A DNA stretch of 64,000 nucleotides from an uncultured Flavobacteriaceae bacterium (GTDB taxonomy: Bacteria > Bacteroidota > Bacteroidia > Flavobacteriales > Flavobacteriaceae): the NCBI GenBank assembly GCA_964014735.1, contig CAXHBH010000001.1, positions 51,588 through 115,587 on the forward strand, in the 5' to 3' direction. The stretch's first letter is position 1. Each line of letters begins with the position of its first letter. Of the stretch, positions 18,097-26,933 are shown in pieces. The notes under the pieces are model-generated. The model saw nothing but the letters and a program-made list of their open reading frames with translations. It was not told the DNA's origin and made no database searches. A program made the translations under genes and the position numbers.

Positions 18097-18234
18097 ATAT
18101 AAAGATACAGTAATTAATAAGAGGAGGAAATGGACTGTCTATTGATTGTTATTTTTTATCATTTCGTTAAATAAGTCCCATTACCTTATGGTTACCAACA
18201 ATTAGTCTACTTTTGCCGCTTAAATTTAATATCC

Positions 18235-18402
18235 TTGAAACGATTTCAATTTGTAGATAAGTCCACTGGCGGCAGTGTTAAAAATGATTTACTTTCTGGA
18301 ATTACGGTCGCCTTAGCCTTGGTACCTGAAGCCGTGGCCTTTGCCTTTGTGGCGGGTGTATCGCCTGTTGTTGGACATTATGGTGCCTTTATGACGGGTT
18401 AA
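18235..18402 (+). pseudogene. N-terminal remnant (55 codons) of a SulP family anion permease
   Basis: My translation is [55 protein letters not shown] followed by TAA TAA. This matches the conserved SulP N-terminus. No remainder of the ~500-aa gene follows. Confidence 0.7.
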
Positions 18403-18418
18403 TAACGTCTATTTTTGG

Positions 18419-18712
18419 CTATTTTATGCTTTTATACAACATGCTTATTTGCTTGGCTAACGCTACATCAAGCGCGGTAACGGCATTTTGGTCATGGGTG
18501 CGTAGGGAAATCGAAATGCGGTTGTAGCTATTCTTCCAGTCGGGATGGTGACCTAGTTTTTCGGCCATGTCTGCAACTTTTGACATAAAATCAAAGGCTG
18601 TTTTGAAGTCTTTAAATACCAAATTTGTTTTGATGAACCCTGCATCCCATTGCCAATCGTTAGCATGCGTGTCAAGGGCCTTAAAAATACTTGCTGCGTT
18701 GTAGTGTTTCAT
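18419..18712 (-). CDS. phhB: 4a-hydroxytetrahydrobiopterin (pterin-4a-carbinolamine) dehydratase
   Basis: ORF 18419..18712, 97 aa. The motif LGHHPDWKNSYNRISISLRTHD is the PCD signature. Confidence 0.85.
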   Translation of the reverse strand: MKHYNAASIFKALDTHANDWQWDAGFIKTNLVFKDFKTAFDFMSKVADMAEKLGHHPDWKNSYNRISISLRTHDQNAVTALDVALAKQISMLYKSIK

Positions 18713-18823
18713 TAGATTTTAAGGCCAATGTATTCTGCGCAAAATAGCATTAGTTGATTTTTATAAATATACAATTTTAACACAACACCATCTAACCAAA
18801 ATATATGGTAAATTTGTAGACCT

Positions 18824-20272
18824 ATGAAAAAGATTATTATTATCGGATCTGGATTTTCTTCTTTATCCGCCGCCTGTTATTTGGCAAAAAAGGGAAATCA
18901 AGTACAAGTACTGGAAAAAAACGATTCACTTGGCGGACGCGCCCGACAGTTTAAAAAAGACGGTTTCACTTTTGACATGGGCCCATCGTGGTATTGGATG
19001 CCCGATGTATTTGAATCGTTTTTTGGCGATTTTGACAAGCAAGTATCTGATTACTACAAACTTGATCGTTTGTCGCCAGGCTATCAAGTTATTTTTGGTA
19101 AGGACGATATCTTTCCTGTGGAGGATAGCATCACCAAAATTGCAGCCCGATTTGAGGAAATTGAAATCGGAAGTGGCGCAAAACTCACACGGTTTTTAGA
19201 AAAAGCACGTTACAATTACGACATAGCCGTTAAGGATTTGGTGTATAGGCCGGGTGTATCGCCACTAGAATTGGTTACGCCTCAAACCGTCAAAAAAGTA
19301 GGCCTGTTTTTTTCCAATATTAGAAGTCAGGTTGAAAAGCAGTTTACCAATCCCAAATTGCGCTCTTTATTACAGTTTCCCGTTTTGTTTTTAGGAGCAA
19401 AACCAGAGAGTACTCCTGCATTTTACAATTTTATGAATTATGCCGATTTTGGTCTGGGCACTTGGCATCCTAAAGGTGGTATGTACCAAATTGTGGATGG
19501 TATGGTTAGCTTGGGGAAATCGCTAGGTGTAAGGTACTACACCAGCCATGGCGTAGACGAAATTTTACTTAACAACGGTAAGGCTTCTGGGGTTCGCTCT
19601 GGAGACAAAACATTTGAAGCAGATATAGTCATCTCAGGAGCAGACTACCACCATACTGAAACCTTATTGCCCAAAGAAAAGCGCGCTTATAGTGAATCCT
19701 ATTGGGACAAAAAGACCTTTGCGCCCTCATCTTTGTTGTTCTATATAGGGTTGGATAAAAAGCTGGATTCACTTGCGCACCACAACCTCTTTTTTGATGT
19801 GGATTTTGACGCCCATGCAGGGAGTATTTACGACACCCCTGAATGGCCAGACGAACCTCTCTTTTACGTGAATTTACCATCACAGAGTGACCCATTAATG
19901 GCGCCCAAAGGAAAGGAAGCTTGCTTTATTTTGATTCCCATAGCTCCCAATTTAGAGGACACCCCAGAGTTGAGAGAAAAGTACTTTGAAATTGTACTCA
20001 ACCGCATGGAACAGTTGACCGATACCGAAATAAAACCACATATTTTATTTAATGAATCTTTTTGTGTCAAAGAGTTTAAAGAAGTATATAATTCCTACAA
20101 AGGAAATGCCTATGGGATGGCCAATACGCTTTTACAAACTGCATTTTTACGACCTAAAATGAAGAGTAAAACGGTTGACGGGCTATATTTTACAGGTCAG
20201 CTTACCGTTCCTGGTCCTGGAGTGCCACCGGCTTTAATATCAGGAAAAATTGTGGCAGATTTTATTCAATAA
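18824..20272 (+). CDS. crtI: phytoene desaturase family protein (CrtI-like)
   Basis: ORF 18824..20272. It has the FAD fold KKIIIIGSGFSSLSAACYLAKKG...LEKNDSLGGRA, the block GPSWYWMPDVFE, and a C-terminal GQLTVPGPGVP. Confidence 0.75.
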   Translation: MKKIIIIGSGFSSLSAACYLAKKGNQVQVLEKNDSLGGRARQFKKDGFTFDMGPSWYWMPDVFESFFGDFDKQVSDYYKLDRLSPGYQVIFGKDDIFPVEDSITKIAARFEEIEIGSGAKLTRFLEKARYNYDIAVKDLVYRPGVSPLELVTPQTVKKVGLFFSNIRSQVEKQFTNPKLRSLLQFPVLFLGAKPESTPAFYNFMNYADFGLGTWHPKGGMYQIVDGMVSLGKSLGVRYYTSHGVDEILLNNGKASGVRSGDKTFEADIVISGADYHHTETLLPKEKRAYSESYWDKKTFAPSSLLFYIGLDKKLDSLAHHNLFFDVDFDAHAGSIYDTPEWPDEPLFYVNLPSQSDPLMAPKGKEACFILIPIAPNLEDTPELREKYFEIVLNRMEQLTDTEIKPHILFNESFCVKEFKEVYNSYKGNAYGMANTLLQTAFLRPKMKSKTVDGLYFTGQLTVPGPGVPPALISGKIVADFIQ

Positions 20273-20286
20273 ATACCAATTTAATT

Positions 20287-21003
20287 ATGCAAACTATTTT
20301 TCACTCAGCCGATTCTCGAGGCAGTGCCGATCACGGTTGGCTACAAGCCAAACACAGCTTTAGCTTTGCTGGTTGGTTTAACCCCGAGCGTATACAGTTT
20401 GGCGCACTGCGCGTGCTTAACGATGATATCATTCAAGGTGGTATGGGCTTTGGTACCCACCCGCACGATAATATGGAAATCATTACCATTCCATTGCTTG
20501 GCGATTTGGAGCACAAAGACAGCATGGGTAATACTGAAGTGATTCGGGAAGGAGAGATACAAGTAATGAGGACTGGTACTGGCGTATACCATTCTGAGCA
20601 TAACAAAAATACAGATAGGGAAATCAGCCTGCTTCAACTTTGGATTTTTCCAAACAAACGCGACGTAGCACCCCGCTATGATCAAATCCCTATTGACAGC
20701 CTTCACAAAAAAAATGAGCCCTTTCAGATTTTGTCACCATACCCCGAAGATCAAGGGGTTTGGATTCATCAAAATGCCTGGTTTCATATGCTTGATTTGG
20801 AAGCGGAAAATATCACTTACTATGAACTAAAATCAGAAGGCAATGGCGTTTATGCCTTTGTCATAGAAGGAGAGGTAGAAATAGGAGAGCAAGTACTTGG
20901 AAAACGGGATGCCTTGGGTATTACAGAAACTGCTACCTTTGAAATTAGCGCACATCAAGACACCCAAGTGTTGTTGATCGAGGTGCCCATGGTGGTGGAT
21001 TAA
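20287..21003 (+). CDS. pirin family protein
   Basis: ORF 20287..21003. It has the cupin metal site GFGTHPHDNMEIITIPL and HSEHN. Confidence 0.9.
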   Translation: MQTIFHSADSRGSADHGWLQAKHSFSFAGWFNPERIQFGALRVLNDDIIQGGMGFGTHPHDNMEIITIPLLGDLEHKDSMGNTEVIREGEIQVMRTGTGVYHSEHNKNTDREISLLQLWIFPNKRDVAPRYDQIPIDSLHKKNEPFQILSPYPEDQGVWIHQNAWFHMLDLEAENITYYELKSEGNGVYAFVIEGEVEIGEQVLGKRDALGITETATFEISAHQDTQVLLIEVPMVVD

Positions 21004-21013
21004 AACGCTCTTA

Positions 21014-21700
21014 ATGATAAAACAAAACATCAAGGTTTTTGGCATGACCTGTTCAGGCTGTGAGGCCGCTATTGTTGCGGCTGTAACACAAATAGAAGGC
21101 GTATTTAAGGCTGTAGCCAATCACAAAAAAGACCTATTAACAATATGGGCACAACCAGCTGTTTCAGACCTTGTTATTAAAGCTACACTTCTTAAAAAAT
21201 ATGTGCTTATTGATGCAGCAGCACAAGAACCTTCAAAGCTCAAGCAACTATTTCCCCTTTTTCTGATTTTTGGATTTATCATTAACGCAATTGTTTTGAT
21301 TCACTGGTCTGAGTGGAACATGACAGTCATGATGTATGATTTTATGGGGACATTCTTTATGGTATTTTCATTTTTCAAGCTGCTGGATATAAAGGGATTC
21401 CAAGCCAGTTTTAAGATGTATGACCCGTTGGCTGCTGCATGGCCAGCATATGCTTTGTTTTACCCATTTATCGAGCTTGCTTTAGGCGTATGTTATATCC
21501 GTGATTTTATACCCGACTGGGTTTTATGGGTTACCATTGTTGTTTTGAGCACCACTACGTTAGGCGTAGTTAAAACCCTGCTAAAAAAGAGCGCCATTCA
21601 ATGTGCCTGCTTGGGTAGTGTGCTAAAGCTTCCCATGACAGAAGCCACTTTTATCGAAAATGCCATGATGATTGTCATGGCTGGAAGTTTGTTACTTTAA
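21014..21700 (+). CDS. heavy-metal-associated (HMA) domain fused to MauE/DoxX-like membrane protein
   Basis: ORF 21014..21700. An N-terminal FGMTCSGCE CxxC metal-binding motif is followed by 4-5 TM helices with a CAC motif (IQCACLGS). Confidence 0.65.
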   Translation: MIKQNIKVFGMTCSGCEAAIVAAVTQIEGVFKAVANHKKDLLTIWAQPAVSDLVIKATLLKKYVLIDAAAQEPSKLKQLFPLFLIFGFIINAIVLIHWSEWNMTVMMYDFMGTFFMVFSFFKLLDIKGFQASFKMYDPLAAAWPAYALFYPFIELALGVCYIRDFIPDWVLWVTIVVLSTTTLGVVKTLLKKSAIQCACLGSVLKLPMTEATFIENAMMIVMAGSLLL

Positions 21701-22222
21701 CTGATTAACGAAAATTTCCAAGGCATCATTAAAAGCAGCAAGATGCGTTGCTTCAGTAATTCCCTTTTCCTCATCAAAGGTTTCCTTGTATGAAGGCAGA
21801 GCAAAACATGGAATATTTGGCATATCTCTAGAGAGGCGTAAATAAGCAAGCTCTAAAACTGTTTTAGCACCACGAGGCCCGGTTGAGGTGGATAGTAGAA
21901 ACATGGGTTTGCCACACCAAATGGGTTTTTCGAGTCTTGAAATCCAATCGAATATATTTTTGAAAGCGGTTGTATAAGCGCCGTTGTGCTCAGCAAAGGA
22001 AATGATGATACCATCACTTGCTTGCAGTGCAGCCTTAAAGGAATGTGCATTTTCTGGAATGCCTTCTTTTTCACGATCGGTGCTGTAGAGTGGCATCTCA
22101 TAATCGTTTAAATCTAACAATTTAATTTGAGCATCGGGCACTTGTTGGGCAGCAAAGTGTGCCAGTTTTCGGTTGATGGAATTTTGACTCGAACTCGCGC
22201 CAAAGGCAACAATGTTAGGCAT
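21692..22222 (-). CDS. NADPH-dependent FMN reductase family oxidoreductase
   Basis: ORF 21692..22222. It has a flavodoxin-like N-terminus IVAFGASSSQNSINRKLA and the block FAEHNGAYT. Confidence 0.8.
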   Translation of the reverse strand: MPNIVAFGASSSQNSINRKLAHFAAQQVPDAQIKLLDLNDYEMPLYSTDREKEGIPENAHSFKAALQASDGIIISFAEHNGAYTTAFKNIFDWISRLEKPIWCGKPMFLLSTSTGPRGAKTVLELAYLRLSRDMPNIPCFALPSYKETFDEEKGITEATHLAAFNDALEIFVNQLK

Positions 22223-22277
22223 AGCTTATTTTTTAGCTAAGATAGGCAATTGCAAAAATGTAAGGAAATAGTTTGCT

Positions 22278-23099
22278 TTATTGAAGTTCAATTTTAGCCA
22301 AGAATGCATCGTACAAATTTGTTTCTTCGGATGTTATCCAAAAGTTTTTGGCATCTATAATGCTTATTGCTTCAATTTGTGCTCCGTTAAAATTAAGTTC
22401 ATATTGATTGATATTTGCATCCGCTATAGCAGACAGGGAGAAGTTGTCAATCACATATAAATACTGGCTATCGTCTCTTTTATAACCCGTCAGCGCCAAG
22501 ATTTTACTTTGTTGGTGAAAATCAGCTCCCGTTATCAACGACCCAACAGGCAACGACCCCATTTTTGTTGCAGGCCCTCCTGAGGGAGAAATCACATAAA
22601 CCTCAGAAGTAAGCGTACTTCTGTTTTTGGTGAAAACCACCATTTTATTTTCTATGTGGACGATGCCTTCCGCATCAAAGTGAGTAGCTTGTTGAAAGTC
22701 AAAATTATCTTGTTCTGGATAATTAAAAGGGATGGAGTCTAAAGTGTTAGCACCACCATTACTTAAGTCTACTTCCAATAGGTATAGGTTTCTTCGGGTT
22801 CCAAAGTTATTTCCCATATCGGCAATAATCATGTTGCCGTTAACTATAGTCATGTCTTCCCAATCAATATTTTGTTTGTTTATTATCCTTTTGTCAAGGA
22901 GCTTTCCTTTTGTACTGATGGCATAGAGCGTGGCCTCGTTTCCAGAATCGTTGAGGGTCCATAGCGTATCATTAAGTACGGCTAGACCAGAAGTTTCTTC
23001 AAGAATATCTGGCAGATCGTACTTTTCAACTGCTGTTTGTGCAAAGACGCAGGAGTAGACCAGTAATAAAAGTAAACCTTGTTTGTGTAGATGTCCCAC
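22278..23099 (-). CDS. secreted hypothetical protein (possible SdiA-regulated/phytase-like beta-propeller)
   Basis: ORF 22278..23099 (GTG start) with a signal peptide. ETSGLAVLNDTLWTLNDSGN resembles that family. The assignment is weak. Confidence 0.45.
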   Translation of the reverse strand: MGHLHKQGLLLLLVYSCVFAQTAVEKYDLPDILEETSGLAVLNDTLWTLNDSGNEATLYAISTKGKLLDKRIINKQNIDWEDMTIVNGNMIIADMGNNFGTRRNLYLLEVDLSNGGANTLDSIPFNYPEQDNFDFQQATHFDAEGIVHIENKMVVFTKNRSTLTSEVYVISPSGGPATKMGSLPVGSLITGADFHQQSKILALTGYKRDDSQYLYVIDNFSLSAIADANINQYELNFNGAQIEAISIIDAKNFWITSEETNLYDAFLAKIELQ

Positions 23100-23185
23100 T
23101 CAAATTATTTTTAACAAATATAAAACACTAAATATGATGCTCTAACATTTTTATATCCTTATTTTTGTTCCCCTATCTTTAACTC

Positions 23186-23860
23186 ATGGGGCAACAAGTA
23201 GTTTTAAGCTTTTTTACTTATAACAAAAACAAGTTTTGGGCATTCACCCAAATGCAACGTGCCATCCCACAGCTACAACAGCAACCAGGCATACAGTTTT
23301 TCAGAACCTTAGGCACAGGTGCTGGCTTGGGCTTTAGTCTTTGGCCTGATTTTTCTACCTATGCGTTGCTTACCATTTGGGAATCTAAATCAGCAGCCAC
23401 AGCTTTTTTGAATACAAGTTCGCTAATGGAAAGTTATGTGGTCAAATCAGTATCCCAAAAACATTTTCAATTACACCCCTTGCAAAGTCACGGCCTTTGG
23501 GGGAAAACAAATCCATTTGAGCCGTCAAAAAGGCCTTTAGCACCCGATGAAAAAATAGGCATCATCACCAGAGCCACGCTTAGGCCTAGCCGCTTGCTGG
23601 AATTTTGGCGTGAAGTACCTGCGGCTTCAAAAGCTATACAGCAAGCCAAAGGGGTGTTGTGGTACAAAGGGATTGGCGAATGGCCCTTGGTACAGCAGGC
23701 TACGTTTAGCCTTTGGAACAGCCTAGCGGAAGTAAAAGACTTTGCTTATAAAAGCACCCACCATGCTGCGATTGTCAAAAAAACACGCAAACGAAATTGG
23801 TATAAAGAAGATTTATTTGCACGCTTTGCTGTGCGTCCACTACATTTGAAAGATGACTAA
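23186..23860 (+). CDS. CrtA-related protein (candidate carotenoid 2'-hydroxylase of the myxol pathway)
   Basis: ORF 23186..23860. The call rests mainly on context: it overlaps the crtD-like gene by 8 nt and precedes the cruF-like gene. This matches the crtA-OH/crtD/cruF trio described for myxol-producing flavobacteria. Confidence 0.5.
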   Translation: MGQQVVLSFFTYNKNKFWAFTQMQRAIPQLQQQPGIQFFRTLGTGAGLGFSLWPDFSTYALLTIWESKSAATAFLNTSSLMESYVVKSVSQKHFQLHPLQSHGLWGKTNPFEPSKRPLAPDEKIGIITRATLRPSRLLEFWREVPAASKAIQQAKGVLWYKGIGEWPLVQQATFSLWNSLAEVKDFAYKSTHHAAIVKKTRKRNWYKEDLFARFAVRPLHLKDD

Positions 23861-25319
23861 AGCAATTGTTATTGGTGCTGGCGTTGGCGGATTGGCAACA
23901 GCCATCCGGTTGGTCAAAAAAGGCTATGCCGTTGAGGTTTTTGAAGCCAATGAATATGTGGGCGGAAAGCTATCCACCTTTAATCTTGGGGATTACCGCT
24001 TTGATGCAGGTCCGTCTTTATTTACCATGCCACAGTTTGTAGATGCCTTGTTTGAACTTTGCGATGAAAACCCGACTGATTTCTTCCAGTATTCGCGAAA
24101 AGAAGTTGCCTGCCGCTATTTTTGGGAAGATGGCAAACGCCTCACAGCCTATGGTGATACAGATCGCTTTGCGGAGGAAGTGGAAGACAAACTAGCTGTT
24201 CCTGCCAACACCCTTAAACGTTATTTGTCAAAAGCAAAAAAGAAATTTGACCTTACCCGCAGTTTATTTTTGGAACACTCCCTACACAAATGGCAAACTT
24301 ATATGCGCAAGGAAACGTTCATAGGAATTGCTAATTATTTCTCATTTGAAATAGACACCACCTTAAACCGTGTGAATACGGCTCAGCTCAAAGAACCCCA
24401 TTTGGTACAATTCTACAATCGCTTTGCTACTTATAACGGTTCAAATCCGTATAAAACACCTGGCATGATGACCTTGGTGCAGCATCTGGAACAGCACTAT
24501 GGCACCTATATTCCTAAAAAGGGAATGGGCGACATCAGTGCTTCGTTATATGCACTCGCCAAACGCATGGGAGTTAACTTTCATTTAAGCAGTCCTGTGA
24601 CTGAAATCCTGATTGAAAACAAAAAGGCAGTTGGCATTCGTGTAAAAGAGGAAAAGCATGCTGCTGATTTGGTGGTATCTAATATGGACATAGTGCCTAC
24701 GTATAGGAAGCTACTTCCAAACCAAAAACAACCTGAAAAAATCCTTTCACAAGAGCGCTCAAGCGCTGCGGTTATTTTTTATTGGGGTATCTCGAAATCC
24801 TTTCCACAACTCGACTTACACAATATCTTTTTTTCTGATAATTATAAGGAAGAGTTTGCTGCAATATTCAACACCAAAACGCTTTATCAAGACCCTACGG
24901 TTTATGTCAACATCACCAGCAAAGAAGTGCCGGCCGATGCCCCAGCGGGCAAAGAAAACTGGTTCGTGATGATCAATGCGCCTCATAACACAGGGCAAGA
25001 CTGGACGGCTGTGGCACAACAGTTACGTGAATGGGTAATTGCCAAACTAAACCGTAACCTCAATACCGACATTCTACCACTTATTGAAGAAGAGTGGGTG
25101 ATGACACCTGATATTATTGAGCAACGCACCCAATCTTATTTGGGTGCGCTGTATGGTGCCTCATCAAATGATAAAATGGCTGCTTTTTTGCGACACCCAA
25201 ATTTCTCTCGTGAAATTTCAAACATGTATTTTTGTGGGGGGAGTGTACATCCAGGAGGAGGGATTCCCTTGTGTTTGTTGTCGGCAAAAATTGTAAGCGA
25301 TTTAATTCCAACGCCATGA
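23853..25319 (+). CDS. crtD: phytoene desaturase family protein, CrtD-like (1-hydroxycarotenoid 3,4-desaturase candidate)
   Basis: ORF 23853..25319. It has the FAD fold KAIVIGAGVGGLATAIRLVKKG...FEANEYVGGK and a C-terminal GGSVHPGGGIP. Confidence 0.65.
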   Translation: MTKAIVIGAGVGGLATAIRLVKKGYAVEVFEANEYVGGKLSTFNLGDYRFDAGPSLFTMPQFVDALFELCDENPTDFFQYSRKEVACRYFWEDGKRLTAYGDTDRFAEEVEDKLAVPANTLKRYLSKAKKKFDLTRSLFLEHSLHKWQTYMRKETFIGIANYFSFEIDTTLNRVNTAQLKEPHLVQFYNRFATYNGSNPYKTPGMMTLVQHLEQHYGTYIPKKGMGDISASLYALAKRMGVNFHLSSPVTEILIENKKAVGIRVKEEKHAADLVVSNMDIVPTYRKLLPNQKQPEKILSQERSSAAVIFYWGISKSFPQLDLHNIFFSDNYKEEFAAIFNTKTLYQDPTVYVNITSKEVPADAPAGKENWFVMINAPHNTGQDWTAVAQQLREWVIAKLNRNLNTDILPLIEEEWVMTPDIIEQRTQSYLGALYGASSNDKMAAFLRHPNFSREISNMYFCGGSVHPGGGIPLCLLSAKIVSDLIPTP

Positions 25320-25975
25320 AAGATTACCTAATTCCAGTGACAAGTACCGCCAAAATATCGGTCGGGCTTATTTGGTTGTTCCATATTTCTGGGCTTTGCG
25401 GCATCTTGTTTATAGATCGGGAGTTATTTTTAGAAACGACGCCGATAAACTTATTTGTAACCTTTATCATGCTATTTGTCAACCAACCACAAATGGACAA
25501 GGGCGTGGCTTTGGCTGCGGGTTTTGCTTTTACTGTGGGCTTCGCCGTGGAGTTTTTGGGTGTTAATTACGGACTTATTTTTGGAGAGTATGCCTATGGC
25601 AATAACTTGGGCTTAAAAGTAGGTGGCGTACCATTACTGATAGGCGCCAATTGGGTCATGCTTACCTTTATAACAGGTGCCGTGGCTGCGATATTTTTTA
25701 ATACATCTGCATTTAGAGCTGCTGTTTTTGGTGCATTTCTAATGGTGCTTATAGATTTGGTGATAGAGCCTGTAGCCCCAAAGTTTGATTTTTGGGAGTT
25801 TGCGAATGTTACGGCTCCTTTGTCTAATTATATTGGATGGTTTCTGGTTGCCTTTCCCATACAATGGATTTATCAAACACAAGTAAAAATTAAAGACCGC
25901 GTCTTTTCATTTCAACTCGTTTTGGTGCAGTTTTTCTTTTTCGGCGTGTTTAGCCTTATTCAATTAGCCTCGTAG
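25316..25975 (+). CDS. cruF: carotenoid biosynthesis membrane protein, CruF-like (carotenoid 1',2'-hydratase candidate)
   Basis: ORF 25232..25975, trimmed to MKDYLIP (ATGA overlap with the crtD stop). It is polytopic, with GVNYGLIFGEYAYGNNLGLKVGGVPLLIGANW typical of the Caroten_synth/DUF422 family. Confidence 0.6.
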   Translation: MKDYLIPVTSTAKISVGLIWLFHISGLCGILFIDRELFLETTPINLFVTFIMLFVNQPQMDKGVALAAGFAFTVGFAVEFLGVNYGLIFGEYAYGNNLGLKVGGVPLLIGANWVMLTFITGAVAAIFFNTSAFRAAVFGAFLMVLIDLVIEPVAPKFDFWEFANVTAPLSNYIGWFLVAFPIQWIYQTQVKIKDRVFSFQLVLVQFFFFGVFSLIQLAS

Positions 25976-26037
25976 TTCAACGGATAGAATAGAAGTTTCC
26001 TAAACTTTAGATCCAGGTTCGATTCCTGGCGAGGCTA
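25966..26037 (+). tRNA. tRNA-Arg (anticodon CCT)
   Basis: Hand-folded: acceptor AGCCTCG/CGAGGCT, D stem GTTC/GAAT, anticodon stem-loop GAAGTTTCCTAAACTTT, T arm CCAGGTTCGATTCCTGG. The first 10 nt overlap the cruF-like stop. Confidence 0.85.
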
Positions 26038-26188
26038 CTTTTTGCCTTGGCAGCAGTTGCGCAATAACGAATCGAGGTTTATACCTTTTGGGTAATTCTT
26101 AGCGGGGCTACAAATGAAACAAGTTAAAATTTTTTGAGAAAAAGATTTATTTCTCAAATAACATTTATTATGTGAACAACTATTTTAT

Positions 26189-26656
26189 TTATTGAGTACT
26201 TCGTTCATAAGAGAAACCACCAGCCTTATTTTGGGACCAAGATGTAAATTTTATATCCAGATAAATGTCATCTTCAATTAGATGTAAAACCAAGTCTTTT
26301 CCTACAACATTTTTTGGCTTTGAAACAGCTGTTCTAAAGTTATCAAAAACCAATGTACTAAGAACATTTGTTGTCCCAATAGACCACTCAGTCCCAGATG
26401 GACTACTATACTTACTTTCGTTTGTTTCGGTCTTGATATTATAAATCTGACCCCCATTGTTACCACGTGTAATCCAAACCTTGGAATTAATGCGATCTTG
26501 GTTAGCTTCATCTGTTGGATCTGCACCATCAATTTTTGTAAATGTAATTTTTTCACCATTCCAAATAGTGGCGGAACTAACGTCGTTAGGCTCATCATCC
26601 TTAGCACATGAAACTAACAAAAATATAAACGACAACAGTAAATAGATTTTTTTCAT
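26189..26656 (-). CDS. hypothetical lipoprotein
   Basis: ORF 26189..26803, trimmed to MKKIYLLLSFIFLLVSC (lipobox). No family recognised. Confidence 0.5.
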   Translation of the reverse strand: MKKIYLLLSFIFLLVSCAKDDEPNDVSSATIWNGEKITFTKIDGADPTDEANQDRINSKVWITRGNNGGQIYNIKTETNESKYSSPSGTEWSIGTTNVLSTLVFDNFRTAVSKPKNVVGKDLVLHLIEDDIYLDIKFTSWSQNKAGGFSYERSTQ

Positions 26657-26933
26657 TTTATATAATTTTAAACCGTCTTCAAATATACGTATCAACAAGC
26701 CAATTTTCATAAATAATTTTGTTGTTGGTATTTTTACGCGTTGTTCATAGTTAATATAAACGTATACATTTGTGTCTACAAAAACTATAGCTACTTGGAA
26801 CAACTCTATTTTTCGTCCTTTGATGAGTCGTGCAAAGTTGGCCCTGAAGTACCAGTAGGCGCATACTGGGGCATTTGGGATAAAAATGAAAATTTAAAGT
26901 TTTAACTTTACGCCCAACCTTTTTACTTAAAAC

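Noticed and set aside
26133-26158. A 9-bp hairpin TTTGAGAAA / TTTCTCAAA downstream of the 26189 lipoprotein gene as a terminator
   Set aside because: There is no T-tract on the minus strand after the stem. It could still be a structure-only terminator, but I cannot support it.
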